Positions 28,010 to 42,000 of a stretch of 64,000 nt of DNA are shown here, one piece after another. Every line of letters begins with the position of its first letter. Within the stretch, counting starts at the first letter, position 1. This stretch comes from Eledone cirrhosa (Eukaryota): the NCBI GenBank assembly GCA_964016885.1, contig OZ024741.1, positions 206,522,001 through 206,586,000 on the forward strand, read 5' to 3'. Under the pieces are notes generated by a model. It was given only the letters and a program-made list of their open reading frames with translations. It made no database searches and was not told the origin of the DNA. The position numbers and the translations under genes were made by a program.

Positions 28010-28299
28010 AATATTTGTTCGTAGAAACCACCGCAAATGCACGGAATCGTAAATATCTTCCGCGACATTTTTATGGCTTTTTTAGTGGCGATATATATTT
28101 TTAAACGATAAATTATTAATAACAATATACCGTATTTGGACACCCCTTCGCATAAGACACCCCTTCGCATATTTTTTTTAAATTATATTTTACGTTATAT
28201 TTTTACGTTCATAGCATTTTTATGGACCAATATTCAGGGTTTTTAGCTCTTCATGGGGACTCTAGGAACGTAACCCCCGTGAATATCATAGGGCAACTG
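28010..28299 (-). mobile_element. Tigger/pogo-like transposon terminus
   Basis: Minus strand TA-cagttgccctatgatattcacgggggttacgttcctaga resembles Tigger-family TIRs; partner TIR not found. Confidence 0.55.
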
Positions 28300-28843
28300 T
28301 ATAAATGGTTGTTTGTATGCATATGTGGGTATGTTAGTGTGCATGTGTGAGTTTGTGTTAGTGTGCGTATTTGTGTGTACGAGTGTCCCCCACGCGCACC
28401 TATATCAGTATATGCATTGTGGTAGGGAGGTGCTATATGTATGTGTAAATGTAACCACCATCAATATGTAACCAGCACTTCATGAATAAAACAAGCCACC
28501 AGCTTTTTTTCTCCTTCCTGTTTGGAATGTCACAAAACGGAATTTCAATCGAAGCTGCATTGATCATTTTATAGTCTTATTGTTTTGTTGTTATTTTACT
28601 AATTTTTCTTTTACATATTTCACAGTAAGACTTACAGCACCATCAGAATTAACGTTGACATTGTCGCTCGTGGTAGTATGAGGGAGCGTGGGAGACAGGG
28701 GAAGAGTAAGAAAGAGCGGGAGAGAGAAACAGGATAAAAGACATGCATAAACACGCCCATATGCACATGCACAAGCACACGCACACACACACACACATAC
28801 ACACACACATTATATATATATATATGGAATGTATATATATGTA

Positions 28844-28881
<38 letters not shown>

Positions 28882-29808
28882 CTTACATATATATAAAGAG
28901 AGAGTGAGAGAGAGAGAGAGAGGGGGAGATGAGAGAGGGAGAGAGAGGGAGAGAGAGAGAGAGAGAGAGATAGGGGGAGAGAGAGAGTGAGAGAGAGAGA
29001 GAGAGAGAGAAACAGAGGATGAGAATGAGGTAGAAAGAAATAAACTAAACAAAATGTCTCACTACAGCATTTGATATAGTGGAAGTGATTGTTCCGATTT
29101 AAACGACTACTTAAATGTGAGTATGCGAGAAACAATAGCAAATTCATAACAATTTCGTTATTGCATCTATCATCTTATCTGCGCAAAACGAACATTAAAT
29201 GCTCTGTCAGCATAGATTTCTCGCCAATTGCATTGGACTTTTTCATCTATTTGACATTTCATCCCGTTTATCTTGATGCTTCAGTTACCGGGGTTTTTTG
29301 GTGTTTATTTTATTCGCCTGTTGCTATCATTGAATGTGATGTTGCCATAGAATTTATTCTCGCGAACGACATGTCATTTTCTTTTCTTTTGTTATACATA
29401 AAGGCATACATACATACATACATACATACATACATACATACATACATACATACACACACAAATACAGACACATATATATATATGTATGTGTGTGAAAACG
29501 TAAACAAAAATAACAAAAATAACAAACCAAACGTACAGTACAAGAAAAAAAAGTTTAACTCTTGAAATAGCAGGAAGAAGGTCTTAAGGTTTTAGACAAA
29601 AGTCAGAAGATATAGGTAGAAATAGAAGATAATAATGGAGGTGGCCACACAATTAGCTAAGATCTTTCTCTCCATTATTATGAAGCATTTTACCCCTACA
29701 CATAAATATAGGAGAATTTTTATTAGAAATATTATTAAAATCTCTTACTCTACGACTCCTAACCTTGTTATATACGTATTTATTTATTTATATACGTTTA
29801 TTTAATAT

Positions 29809-29858
<50 letters not shown>

Positions 29859-30112
29859 TTTTATGTGTATTTGGTGTATACATTCGTATGCGTGCGGGCA
29901 CAGGCGTTGCGTGCGTTCTGTATGTGCGTGCGGTTTTTTTTCTTGTGTACGTGCGTGTATTTGTATACCTATGGGGAGTGTTTTCGCGTATGCTTGTGTA
30001 TGTATGTATGTGGATGCGTGTATGTATTTATTTAATTTCAATTACCTCTGTATTTTATTTACTTTATTCTTAACTCTGAAGCCGAGAATCATTCGGTTTC
30101 CTAGTTAGAATT

Positions 30113-30520
30113 TTAGTCTACGACTTCAGTTATACCATTTGCGTGCAATTGTTCTCCACGCTCCACAATGACGTATTATCTTCGTTTTTTCCGTTCATTG
30201 CCAGAGAACGTCTCTACAAACCACCTAATAGAATATTAGTCTACGGCTTCTTTTCTACCTTAAACGTGGTTTTGTCTTTGCGTGTAATTGTTTTTCACCG
30301 CTCCAAATAATGACGTATTATATTCGTTTTTTCCCGTTCTTTGCCAGGGAACGTTTCCACGAACCAAAGTATCGTCTTCCTGTCTTCCTCCGGTTGCGAC
30401 GTTTTTTTTTTTGAAATATTCACATCTGCGTTCACAGATTGTTTTTTTTTAGTTTTAGAAGATCCCGTTAAGGGTGAAAGCAGCGATTCTTTGCTTAAAC
30501 TTTAATCTGTTATTTTAATA
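30113..30520 (+). repeat. Tandem duplication of about 125 bp plus an end segment also present inverted at 21863-21975
   Basis: ttagtctacg...tttgcgtg...aatgacgtattat twice; ctgcgttcacagatt...gatcccgttaagggtgaaagcagcgattc...aatctgttattttaata at both loci. Confidence 0.75.
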
Positions 30521-31220
30521 AATATATATATATATATATATATTCTTATACTTGGGGAGGATTATATTTGTGTAATAATATTGCCAGAATTAATAACAGA
30601 ACACACACACTGTTTGGTTGGTTTTCGCTTCTGTGTCTTTTATATCGGTTAATTTAATTTATTCGGACTTCAATGTCACCATTACCTGACCAACGGTCAA
30701 AAATACAGATATAATATAGACACAAACACATATATATAGTCTAACAAAGTTCTTTTGTTGCACATCTGCAACATCGTCAGTGGTGCTATTATGTTTCCTC
30801 CTGTTGTATTGTATGCTTACGCCATCTTTATATAGTCTGTTTATTTATTTTTTCTTTTGTCTTCTCTGCGCATGCGTTTGCGTGTGTGTATAGTATTTGA
30901 TGTCTGTTCGTGTTTGGGTGACTGTTTATTGGTTATTGTATTTTATCTTAGTTTACTAGTGTGTGTTTATATGTGTTTGTTGTTATTGTGCTTTTGTATA
31001 TATTTATTTATTTATTTATTTATACTTCTCTTAGGTCAGTATTGTTTGTTTGGGTGTTGTTGTTATTCCATTCAATTTTTCTGTTTAGCCTTTGCCCTCT
31101 AAGTTCGATTTCGCTGGCCTCTCTGATTTACCTATCTGCTGGGTCATTTCTATGTTTATCTGCTGGGTCATTTCATATCAAAAACCTCGCAAAACTAATT
31201 CATCGCTGTTATATATATAT

Positions 31221-31277
31221 ATAAAGTACCAGTAATGCACTGGAGAATTGCTGGCCTTGTGCCTAAAGTAGAAACAG

Positions 31278-31279
<2 letters not shown>
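31221..31279 (+). mobile_element. SINE 3' fragment within (TA)n
   Basis: ataaagtaccagtaatgcactgg...ggccttgtgcctaaagtagaaaca. Confidence 0.85.
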
Positions 31280-31370
<91 letters not shown>

Positions 31371-31395
31371 TCAAAATGAAGCAAAGTTGTGATTT

Positions 31396-31469
<74 letters not shown>

Positions 31470-31689
31470 AAATCACAACTTTGCTTCAGTTTGATCTTAT
31501 TTTTAACGATTAATCGTATTTCTTTTTTAGTTCTTTATGCTAAATCCATTAACATTTCAAATCCTTCACAAGACCATCAAAACGAGTTGGCAGGAAATCA
31601 TGGGCGCCTGATTGTAAATTTTGAAATGATTTAATCCTGGCAGATATTTATAATTGTTTTCATATATAACGTGTCTGTGTTTTAATTGT

Positions 31690-32720
31690 TTGTTTATATT
31701 CTGATAGTTGAACTGTTTTAGATCCTCGTTTTCTTTAGAGTGGAATGGAATTCTGCATTATTGACTAGTATAGCCCTTCCGAAAATAATTCACGTAATGT
31801 CCGGAAATGTGCTGCCATGGCTTCGTTTTGTATATATTTGGTTATCTGATGGTAAAATATGGTGCAATAACTTTGAGTATGACGTTCTCAACTTCCATGA
31901 ATGTTTTCAAATTTCTATACCACATCAATCATCTGCAGTGCAATCTGTAGTTTAGCATTCTGTGGTTTTGTGTTAAAGAGTTATTTGTATTTTTGGTATT
32001 TTTCAAGTATATTCTAAGTATGGGATTTTGATAAGGATCGATGCCTATTGTTTTATGTTTTTTTTTTTATTGATGTCTTCCTCCATTCTATTATTTGGGC
32101 ACTTTTGATTTTTGTAATATACGAAAGGTGTGGCTAGTGTATATTTTTCTGGTACTGCTTCGGCTATATCAGCAAGACTAAATTTATTCTTCTGGTGTTA
32201 TAACATGAACTATTAATGTGTATAGATGCCCATCGTTAACAGTTGTTTTTGATTATACGTGAGATTTCCTTATTAAAAAAGTCGTTAGTAGGAATTAAAA
32301 ATCTTGTCTAATTACAACTATTTTGCGTTTGTTGGGGCACTCGCTGTCTGCGTGTATATATAGACCTTGGGGAGTTTTCTTTTATAAACAGAAATGCTTA
32401 TAATCATTATTCCTAATTCCTACGTGCATGTCGATGAATGGGTAGTGTTCTGGATCGATTTCGTTTTGGATCATATTATAACAAATATATTGTCGACATA
32501 TATTGTCGAATATGGTGTGGTTGTGTTTAGAAACCACTATGTTTTCCACTTTCGATATGTTAAACGACACGATTGTAATCCCGGATGGGGAACCCATTGC
32601 CTTACTTTTGTTTGTATACTCCCATCTCTGAATGTTAGCTTAACTGTATTCCTGCAATTACTTTAATTTACGGTAATGAATTTTTCTTTTCGTTATGATT
32701 TCCACTATCACCTTTTTAAC
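31690..32720 (-). pseudogene. Decayed Penelope-like RT with GIY-YIG trace
   Basis: YKQK..AMGSPSG, YVDNIF, YPFIDM and SVYK motifs in the expected order across frameshifts; GSTFR near 31810. Confidence 0.7.
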
Positions 32721-33059
32721 TGGTCAGCTTCATCACAGTAATTGAGCAGTCATACATACTAATACTTACCAATCAATAACATCACACGCGCGATCCAAAC
32801 ACTATGTATAAGCACGTCTGATACCTTACACATATTCCAACATATTCCAATTCTCATCGCCATTGCTGTGATGAAGAAATTGATCTGAGAGTCGAAGATG
32901 ATTGTAATCGATGAAAAGATGTTAAACTATAACTTCGATTTCTCATTCCTAAAATAAACACTCCGCATATTGCGCCAATATCAAGCACTGAATATCTACT
33001 TTGTGTAAAAGCAGAGTACTGCTGACATCTATATTAATACATATTTACTCGTCAATAGG

Positions 33060-33060
<1 letters not shown>

Positions 33061-33139
<79 letters not shown>

Positions 33140-33152
33140 TTACCTACCTATC
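33061..33152. repeat. (TATC)n microsatellite, 5' flank of Tx1 copy 1
   Basis: Direct reading. Confidence 0.95.
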
Positions 33153-33531
33153 ATCTAGCTGTCGTCTGTTCTACAGTGTGGATGTAATTCACTTCGCGCA
33201 GAAGTTTTGTTCAAATATATTGCGGAAATTTTGTAAGTTCAAATTTAATTTTGATACTATTGTGTAGCTTGACCCCCCGTCTGACTGTCAGGCGGTGGGT
33301 CAGCTCATCTTTACCCCTCCTAGAGGTGAACAACCTGTTTTTAAAAATTTTGTGGCAAAAAACAATTTCAATCGTCTGACAGAAATGTTAAACGAAGCGA
33401 ACGAAAATAGTGGTGGGGGACAGCGGTAAGAGTTGTAAGCTCGCACGCTTTAGTCCCCCCTTCCTTCCCAACTAACGTCATAGAGAAGGAAGGAAAAAAT
33501 AAAATAAAAACAGACGAATCTGCGGAGAAAA

Positions 33532-35288
33532 ATGACGAAAACACAAATCTGGACATGGATTCCAACAACGAAAAAAAAAAAAATTGAAAAATTGCATGAC
33601 AATATTAATACCACAAAGAAAGACACAACAAACACAAAAATAACATTTGAAAACAACATCATAACAGAAATCAAAGCAGACGACAAAGTCAACAAGATTT
33701 CATTTGCACAAACAACAAAGAAATCTTTGACATATATACCTGAAAATATTTCAGATGTGGCACGAAGAATCACAGACTCCAAACAATACATAAGTGAAGG
33801 AGAGAATGGTATTTTATCGGTAAAAATGCCTCAAGAACTCACCAAAGACATTGAAAGTCGAACGGTCGTGTTCCGCACCATCAACAACACTTCAAAAAAA
33901 CCTGAACAGCCAACTCAAGCAGATATCAAAACAGTACTCACAGAAGTACTTAATGAAACCACTTTCATAATAAAAGACAGACTGTATGGAAGCCTAGCAA
34001 TTATTATGAAGAACGAATCGGCGGCAAAAAAATGTGCTTTGTCACCGATTCGTTCGAAAATGTTTACCTTTTATCCATCTTATATGGGGAAAAGAACTCA
34101 ACGCATATGGCTGGATGCAATGATGCCAGATGTGGACTACTGCTGGCTCATAGCTTGCTTCATCGATCCAGCGAATGACAACGTGATTTCCATTGGGAAA
34201 ACCACAGGCAATGCGTTCAGTGGAACAGGTATAGAGCTGGTAGTGCAAATGAAGCCTGAACGCATCGCCCGAATACCCGACAGAATCCTATTAGAGGGCC
34301 ACGGGTATATAAACATTAGCGTGGAGGGGGGAAGGCGTCCTGTCATATCTGTGCAGGCAGAGGGCACCCGAAGGCCGCTTGTCCCCAACTCAACAAAAAG
34401 AAAACCCTGCTACCAACACCAGCTCCACCACCACCACCACAACAGATAAACAAACAACAAAACTCAGTCCCACCCAACCCGTCCCTCAGTAAAACTACAC
34501 CACCACCACAACACAAACAGTCACAACACATTACCCCAAAACAAAATACAGGCCCACCCAACCCCTCACTCAATAAAACAACACAACCACCGCAGACACA
34601 ACACACAACACAGTCTAACATAGTGACATCCATCTCCCCCACAAAGAAAACCAACACGGAAACATTACCAGCAAACATACCTCTTCCCTCCAACACTGAA
34701 GATAACCCAACGAATTCGGAGGAAGAAACGGAGTCCTTCAGACAGATTAAAAGGAAAAAAAGAAAACATTTGCAAAACACACAAGGCCAAACAACCCCCA
34801 CCCAAATGTCAACACAATCCAACAAAACAGAAAACACCCCTCCAGCAGCAAACAAAACCAAACCTGCCCCTCCCCTCTTCGAAACACTCACACCATCCGA
34901 AAAAAAGACATTACACTATACTTACATAAACAGAAACAATAATAAATTAAATGAACTCATATACAATAATCCTTCGGTACAAACCGAAGGTGTAAACTTT
35001 GTTTCTTCAGAAAACTACCCACATTTAACATTAATAAAGATCCCAATGAACCTCTACCAAAAACTAAAAAAGGATTTTAAGGAGGACGCAGGACCACCCT
35101 CTGTCAAACCCATAAACCGCGTCCTACTAAAAAGCTTTCCCCCTCCCCTTCCCCTCCCCAACACAACTCCAAACACCCCAACCCCACCACATACTGACGA
35201 CCCCACACCACCACAAGACACCCCTTCACCCAACACCCCCGACCCCGTGGAAGTCGTGCGACCCGAACCCCGGGAAGCGGAAAGGTAG
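33532..35288 (+). pseudogene. Tx1 ORF1 (nucleic-acid binding, CCHC knuckle), frameshifted at the G run near 34326-34332
   Basis: CHICAGRGHPKAAC (CX2CX4HX4C) at 34341 is in the frame of the 34623-35288 ORF; Pro/Thr-rich C-terminus; homologous to copy 2 ORF1. Confidence 0.8.
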
Positions 35289-35321
35289 GTCTCTACACTC
35301 TCCTTTGGCTCTGCCGCCCAC

Positions 35322-38300
35322 ATGGATGTGTTAAGAGTAGGATGTTTGAATGCACATGGCCTGGGCTCAACTTGGAAGCAAGCAAAGCTTCTAAATGACC
35401 TCAGGTCATGTGGTATAAATGTAATGGTTATCTGTGAGACTCGGATCAGCGTCGTGCGGCAGCTGGCCCCTACCTTCGATGACTTTGAGGTGCATGCATC
35501 TCTCTGTCAACCTGGAGGTGGGGGTGGGGTTGTCGTACTGCTGCAAAAACACCTGGGTCTTGCCGTACAGGTTGTGCACTCGGACCCGGAGGGTCGTTTG
35601 TTGGTGCTAGACGTTGGCAGTAGTGAAGGTGCGGCCTTGAGACTGGTCGCCGTCTACTCCCCTTTCGGAGCTGAACGGCCCGACTTCTTCCAGCGTTTGG
35701 AGACTTTTCTGGGAACGTCGCGTTCCCTGCTTCTAGCGGAGGATTGGAATGACATCCTAGATGCACGTTGGGACTATGCAGGAGCATGTCCTAATAGAGG
35801 GGGTGTAACAGCCTCAAGGGGTTACTCGACCGTTTTAACTTGGTCGATAGATATCGACTAGATTTTCCAACTGTGCCTACCTGGACTTGGAGAAACCACA
35901 GTGGTCAATCTAGATCGTACTTAGATAGATTCTTAGTTAGAAGTAAGGATAGGGACATATTAAGCTGTCCAGAAATGCGCATGGTTGGCTACACGGATCA
36001 CAAATTAGTGACCTGCGTAGTCAATCTCGAGAAAACACATAAACAGTGTCCCGGTTACTGGAAACTTAATTTGTCTTTACCGGCAAAAGAGACTTACAGA
36101 AACCGGATTAGCAGATTAGTTAAGGAGAGGTTGACGGGTGCAATCGTCAACAACCGATGGTGGGCATCTCTCAAAAGAGAGATTAGAACAGAATCAATAA
36201 GTTATAGCAAGATGTTAGCTGCCGATAGGAATAGAAACGAGAAAGAATTAACAGGTAAATTAGAAGAGGCAATCAAGAGCGAAGATGTGGCCAGAGTGCT
36301 GGCATCGAGGACGGCCTTGAACCAGTTTTTCGATGCACAGCACGAAGGCTGTGTCATTCGAAGTAAAATACGTGCTCTAGGTAATGAGGGGGCCAAAGCC
36401 GTTGGCTGGGCCCGCGTGACAGAAGCTAAGAGTGGAAATCGATCCACCATCCGGTCGTTGCAAGACGAAGATGGACGGGTGATCCGGGAGCCTAAGCAGA
36501 TGTGCGAGGCTTTTCAAAGGCACTTTGCCCGATTGTTCGGGGGAGGCGAGGGTCCGGGCGGGGATGTGGATTTCGGTCCATACCTCGACGGCCTGCCGCG
36601 TCTCTCGAGCGAAGAGGCAGAGTCCTGCGAGGGACCAATCTCGGCTGATGAGATCAGCGATGCGCTGAGCCAATGCAGCAGACGCAAATCTCCAGGTCTC
36701 GATGGTATACCTTACGAACTTTATTTAGCAATGCCGGTCTTCTTCTCCGAACTCCTCGAAGCGGTCTACTGCAATTGGCAGCAGAACGGGAGAATTCCTT
36801 GTTCTTTAGCCAAGGGCGTAGTCACGCTGGTGAGGAAGGACGAGAACAAGGGAGATAGTATAAATAATTTTCGGCCCATAACCCTGCTAAACACAGAGTT
36901 AAAGATTTTGGCCAAGGTGTTAGCAAAGAGGTTGGCGCTTGTCATGGGTGGCCTGGTGGGAGATGCGCAGACATGTGCTATCCCATCCAGGTCCATTCAA
37001 TATAACCTCCACCTCATGCGATACATCATAGAGAGGGTTGGCCACAAACCCGGCTTCGGTGGGGCCCTGATCAACTTGGATCAGTCTAAGGCCTTCGATA
37101 GGGTCGACCATGGTTACCTGGATGCGGTCCTAGCGGCGGCTGGGTTCGGTCCTGTTTTCAGAGGCTGGATCACTGCCTTACATAGCAACCACATCTGTTC
37201 TAGGATCAAGGTGAACGGCTACCTTTCGAAGCCGTTCGAAATCACACGATCCATTCGACAGGGGTGCCCTCTCTCCTCCCTTCTGTACGTATTGATTCTC
37301 GAGCCTTTACTGAGGAAGTTGGAGTTGTTGCAGGGTATCCTCCTGGAACCAGGATTGAGCAAAGCGGTGTCGGCCTACGCCAATGACGTAACAGTAATGG
37401 TATCGACCGACTCGGAGATCGAGGCGATCGGTACCTTACTGGAGGATTACGAAAGGTTGTCAGGAGCGAAACTGAACCGGGAAAAATCCATCGGGCTGCA
37501 ACTCGGAACGTGGAGAGGCAGACCGATGCCTCCCGACGGTGTCGTCGGATACTGGACGGAGGGCCCGGTAAGGTTGCTTGGGGTCTGGTTTGGACCGGAC
37601 CTCCAGGTGGAAAATAACTGGAACGAGGTTACGAACAAGGTGTTTGCACTAACCCAGAAATGGGCCAAGTGTAAGCTGTCCCTAAAAGGCCGGGCGGAGG
37701 TGGCGAACATTTACATAGCGTCTGTCACTTACTACCGCCTGACTGTCGTGCCTTGCCCTAAGGAAACACTCACCACCATGGAACGCATGCTCTTCCAATT
37801 TCTTTGGAAGAAGCGCCCTCCTGTGGTGAGAAGATCCATCTGCTGCCAACAACCTTCGAAAGGAGGGCTGGGGATGCCGTGGTTGATAATGCGTAGGCAC
37901 GCATTAAGGCTACGGCACCTACAGGTATTCCTCACTGGTCAACCGGTGTGGGCTCCGTTCGTGAAACGAGCCTTTCCGAGACTCGTCTCGCTCACCGAGC
38001 TGCAGTCCTGGGTCAAGCAAAGATCCGGAAAACTGGGACACTGGCACACTGAGTGTGCTCAGGCGCTCAGGGCTCTCTGGCAAGCGGGCCAGGCCGTCGG
38101 TGGAGAATCCACCTCATCATTCTATAGAGGGCTGGTGGCTAGCAGGGGCGATGACACCCTTGGAGAGTCGCTGGACATGGAAGAGGAGGAACTGGCCAGC
38201 CTGTTCGGTAGGACTTTCGGCCCGGGACCAATGGACAACTTCCAGAAGTCACTAGCCTGGCAGTGCTACCGGGGTGCTCTACCCGTTCGAGAGAGGCTCT

Positions 38301-38758
38301 ACAGACACGGGCGCCCGGGCAGGGATCCCTCAAAAAAGATTTGCCCTAGATGCGTGCGTCACGAAGAAACCGTTGCGCACGCATTGGTGCAATGTCCGGG
38401 CGTGGCTGATCTGTGGGGATACGCCGAACGACTGCTGTCGCGGGTGGCGCCGATTCAATTGACCGCCGAGTCCGTGATGACAATCAAACCGCCTCCCCTC
38501 TTCACAAAGGAAGCAAAGGCGGTTTTTCTGTGCGTAATAGCCATGTTGAAAGAGGTTGCTTGGTGGACACGATTGAAAGGTCTGAGGTCAGGCAACTTCC
38601 TCTCTGGCCATAGTCTGGTCTACTTCTTCCGATATCACTTCGGAAGAAGGATAAGAATGGAGAGAGAGGTACTTGGCCACAGGCAGTTTTATGAAAGGTG
38701 GGTGATAGTGGCGAGAATGGCTCGTGTAAATGGGCCTTCTCTGTATACCATCCTGTAG
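35322..38758 (+). pseudogene. Tx1 ORF2: AP endonuclease, reverse transcriptase, C-terminal zinc finger; one frameshift near 35800, YADD changed to YAND
   Basis: LNAHGL, ICET, SYLDRFL, TDHK, YWKLN, KSPGLDG, NFRPITLLN, LDQSKAFDRVDH, IRQGCPLS, YAND at 37376, CPRC....ETVAHALVQC. Confidence 0.93.
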
Positions 38759-39001
38759 ATAAAGAAGTAAAGGAGAGGGGAGCACCTTCTCCATGTGCTC
38801 CCCGGGCAAAGGATTGCACACTTTTTCGGGGGTGTGTGCAACCCCCATCACGTCCCCTCCCTTTTGAGGTTATTTTCGATTATTTTCATTTTATACCCTT
38901 TTTACTCGATTGTATGTAAACTCCCCCTTTGTATTTGTCCCTTCTTTTTATGCCTTTATGGTAAATAAAGAAATATATCTATCTATCTACCTATCTATCT
39001 A

Positions 39002-42000
39002 TGACCGGACGTGCGATACATCGTCGGTAAGACTTTGTAAAATTTTCTACACAAAAACAGAATTTATTATGTGAAACTTTTTATTGTTTGATAGATTAAC
39101 ACCCAGGCTGAATTGTCAACTGAGTGGTAATCTCAGGTTTCGCCCCACAGGGGCGGAAACTTTATTTGAAAAAATTTCCTAACTTTAACAATGTGTGACT
39201 TACAGGGAATGCTAGACAGCGAGAAGAGAGGGAAAGAGACAGATATAAGCGTTATATCTCCCTCTACTTCCATAGAAGTATCTATGGAGACAAACAACAA
39301 AAAAACTTCGTTTCGTAAAGAAATGGATATTTGCACAACAAAAGATGAAAATAACAGCCCACAACAGACATAAAAAAATACAGAAAATGCAGAAATTGAA
39401 ATAATTAACACAATTAACACAACTACACACGAAAAAACCAACAACCACAACCAAAACTAAAAAAACAACATTCGCACAGACTGTAATAAAAAAAAGACAG
39501 AATATAAAGAGTTGGACATCAGCAATTCAAAACAGATGTTGTCTGATGCGAAACAATTTATAACATTTGAAGAAAAGAGTGGATTTCCTACAAACTCATC
39601 CTTGGAAATTAAACAAGAAACAGTTCGAAGAACGGTAACCTTCAGAACTATCTCAAATCAAATAAAAAAGCCGGTATTCCTCAGTCAAGGGGAAATTGAA
39701 AACACCTTGAAAAAGGCTCTGCGGGACATTGATTTTATGCAGAGGGCCAGACTATATGGTGGATTTGGGCGGGGTTCGTGGAGCCAGAAAATGATGTAAT
39801 TCTTTCGGTCAGGAAGTCGACCAGACAAAGGTGGGCTGGTACCAATTTGGAGCTTCTGGTGCAGATGAGGCCGGAGAGAATCTCAAAAATACGCCAAAAG
39901 GTCCTAGTCGACAACAACAACTACATTAACATTTCGGTTGAGGGACGAAACCACATTGCTTTCGTTGCAATAGCACCACACATCTAAAGGCTCCTGCTCT
40001 TTACAAAAACGCTCAAACAAAACGATCCAAAAGAAAATACAGTTACCAACACCAACACCAAAACAACCACCACCACAACAACAACAACACACGAAACAAG
40101 CAAACACACCAAAACAGACAGCCACTCAACCAACAACAACAGAAAAAAACACAGACAACACCCCCGAAGAACACAGCCCCACCCCATCACACTCCATCAA
40201 ACACTATCACAAACACACACACCGAAACACCACCACCACACAACATACCCCTACCCAAAACTCCTGACGAGGATTATTCATGAGGCTGCTTCGCCTTCTT
40301 TAAGTGAACAAGAAGGAGAGCCTCGGAAATAAAACAAAAAACAAAAAAAGAAACACCACAAAAACCCCCAAAACTCCAATCACCAACACCAACACACAAC
40401 CACAGACACAAACAACACCACAGTCAAACATCCCCCTACCAGCAAAACCAACACCAACACCACCCCAAACACAAGCACTGACCATAAAAAGAAAACTCCC
40501 AGACGAACAACAAACTAAAACAACACAACAAAAACACAAACAACAATACGCATACATCAACACAAACAACAAGAGTTTGATGGAGGTCATCTCCAAAAAC
40601 CCCAAGGTAGAGACGGATAGCAAAACTTTCATTAAAGCAGAATCGTCTCCACACCTTAAACCATTAAGGGTTTCTATGGAAACCTATAGTGACCTGAAGA
40701 ATAAATTTTCGCAGGACGTGGGCAACCCCTGCCAGAAACCCATCAACCGCCTCCTGTTAAAATTCCCCCCCAACACCCCCCCCAACACCCAAATGGAGAT
40801 TGAACAACCCGATCTCCAGGAAACGAAAAGGTAAGTGCACCTTTATGTCCTTTATCGCCAACTCTTCTCCACCAACATGGCTAGTTTACGAGTTGGAAGC
40901 GTGAATGAGCGTGGCTTAGGGATTCCCTGGAAACAGGGCCAACTTTTAAACCTTAGGTCACATGGTATGGATGTGAGAGCCATCACCGCGTCCAGAATCC
41001 ACAACAGGCAGCAACAAACCCCATCTTCAATGACTTTGAGATCTACGCATCGCTCTATCAGCCAGGAGGTGGAGGGGGAGTGGCTGTCATGTTTCAGAAA
41101 AACCTGGACGCCGAAGTACGGCAAGTACACTTGGACCCGGAGGGTAGACTGGTAGTTCTAGACGTGAACAGTATTGGAGGTGGAGCCTTCAGACTGGTGG
41201 CCGTTTATACCCAGACCGGGCAATCGCAATCGCGGCCACACTTCTTTAAGCGTCTAGAGTCTTTTCTGGGAACGTCTCGCTCCTTACTTTTAGTGGGTGA
41301 CTGGAATGGTATCCTAGATGCACGATAGGACTATGTGGGAGCATGTTCCAGTAGTAGAGGGGGGGGGGGGTGCAACAGCCTCAACAATCTAATCGGCCAA
41401 ATCAAACTGGCCGATAGATATCGACTAGATTTCCCGACTGCACCGCAGTGGACGTGGGCAAACCGCAACCGGACATCTAGATCGTATTTAGATAGGTTTT
41501 TCAATAGAGAGAAGGACAAGAAGATGTTAAGCTGTCCACAAATGCACATGGTTCCCTATTCAAACTAGTCATCTGTAGAGTCAACCGTGATAGAATACAT
41601 ATACAAGGACTCGGATACTGGAAGCTGAACGTGTCGCTAACGACACGTAAAGCCTATAGTGAATGGGTAAGTAGATTAGTTAAGCAACAATTGATGGGAG
41701 CCATCGTCAACAACAGATGGTGGTTCTCCCTCAAGAAAGCAATTAGAGTAGAGTCGATAGACTTTAGCAGAGAGTTAGCCTTAGAGAGAAACAAAACAGA
41801 AACAGAACTAGCAGCCAAGGTAGAGGAGGCGCTTACGAGTGACAACGTAGCTAGAGTGCTAGCAACGAGAACAGCACTTGACCAGTTCTTCGACGCGAAA
41901 CACGAAGGCTGCGTGGTCATATGTAAATCACGTGCTCTAGGAAATGTGGGAGCAGAACGGGAGAATTCCTAGTTCTGCAGGCAGGGCGTAGTAACGCTGA

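Larger units (their letters stand above)
33155..38975 (+). mobile_element. L1/Tx1-clade LINE, near full length (copy 1)
   Basis: 5' UTR, ORF1 with zinc knuckle, ORF2 APE-RT-zinc finger, 3' end aataaagaaa running into (TATC)n. Confidence 0.92.

Noticed and set aside
28440-29400. Unique-looking sequence as host exon or enhancer (also 46200-46480)
   Set aside because: No credible splice-bounded frame or recognisable domain; needs conservation or RNA data
30740-30786. Minus-strand CTGACGA followed by a perfect 7-bp stem
   Set aside because: GAAA is replaced by AAAG and there is no stem I partner; at most a relic
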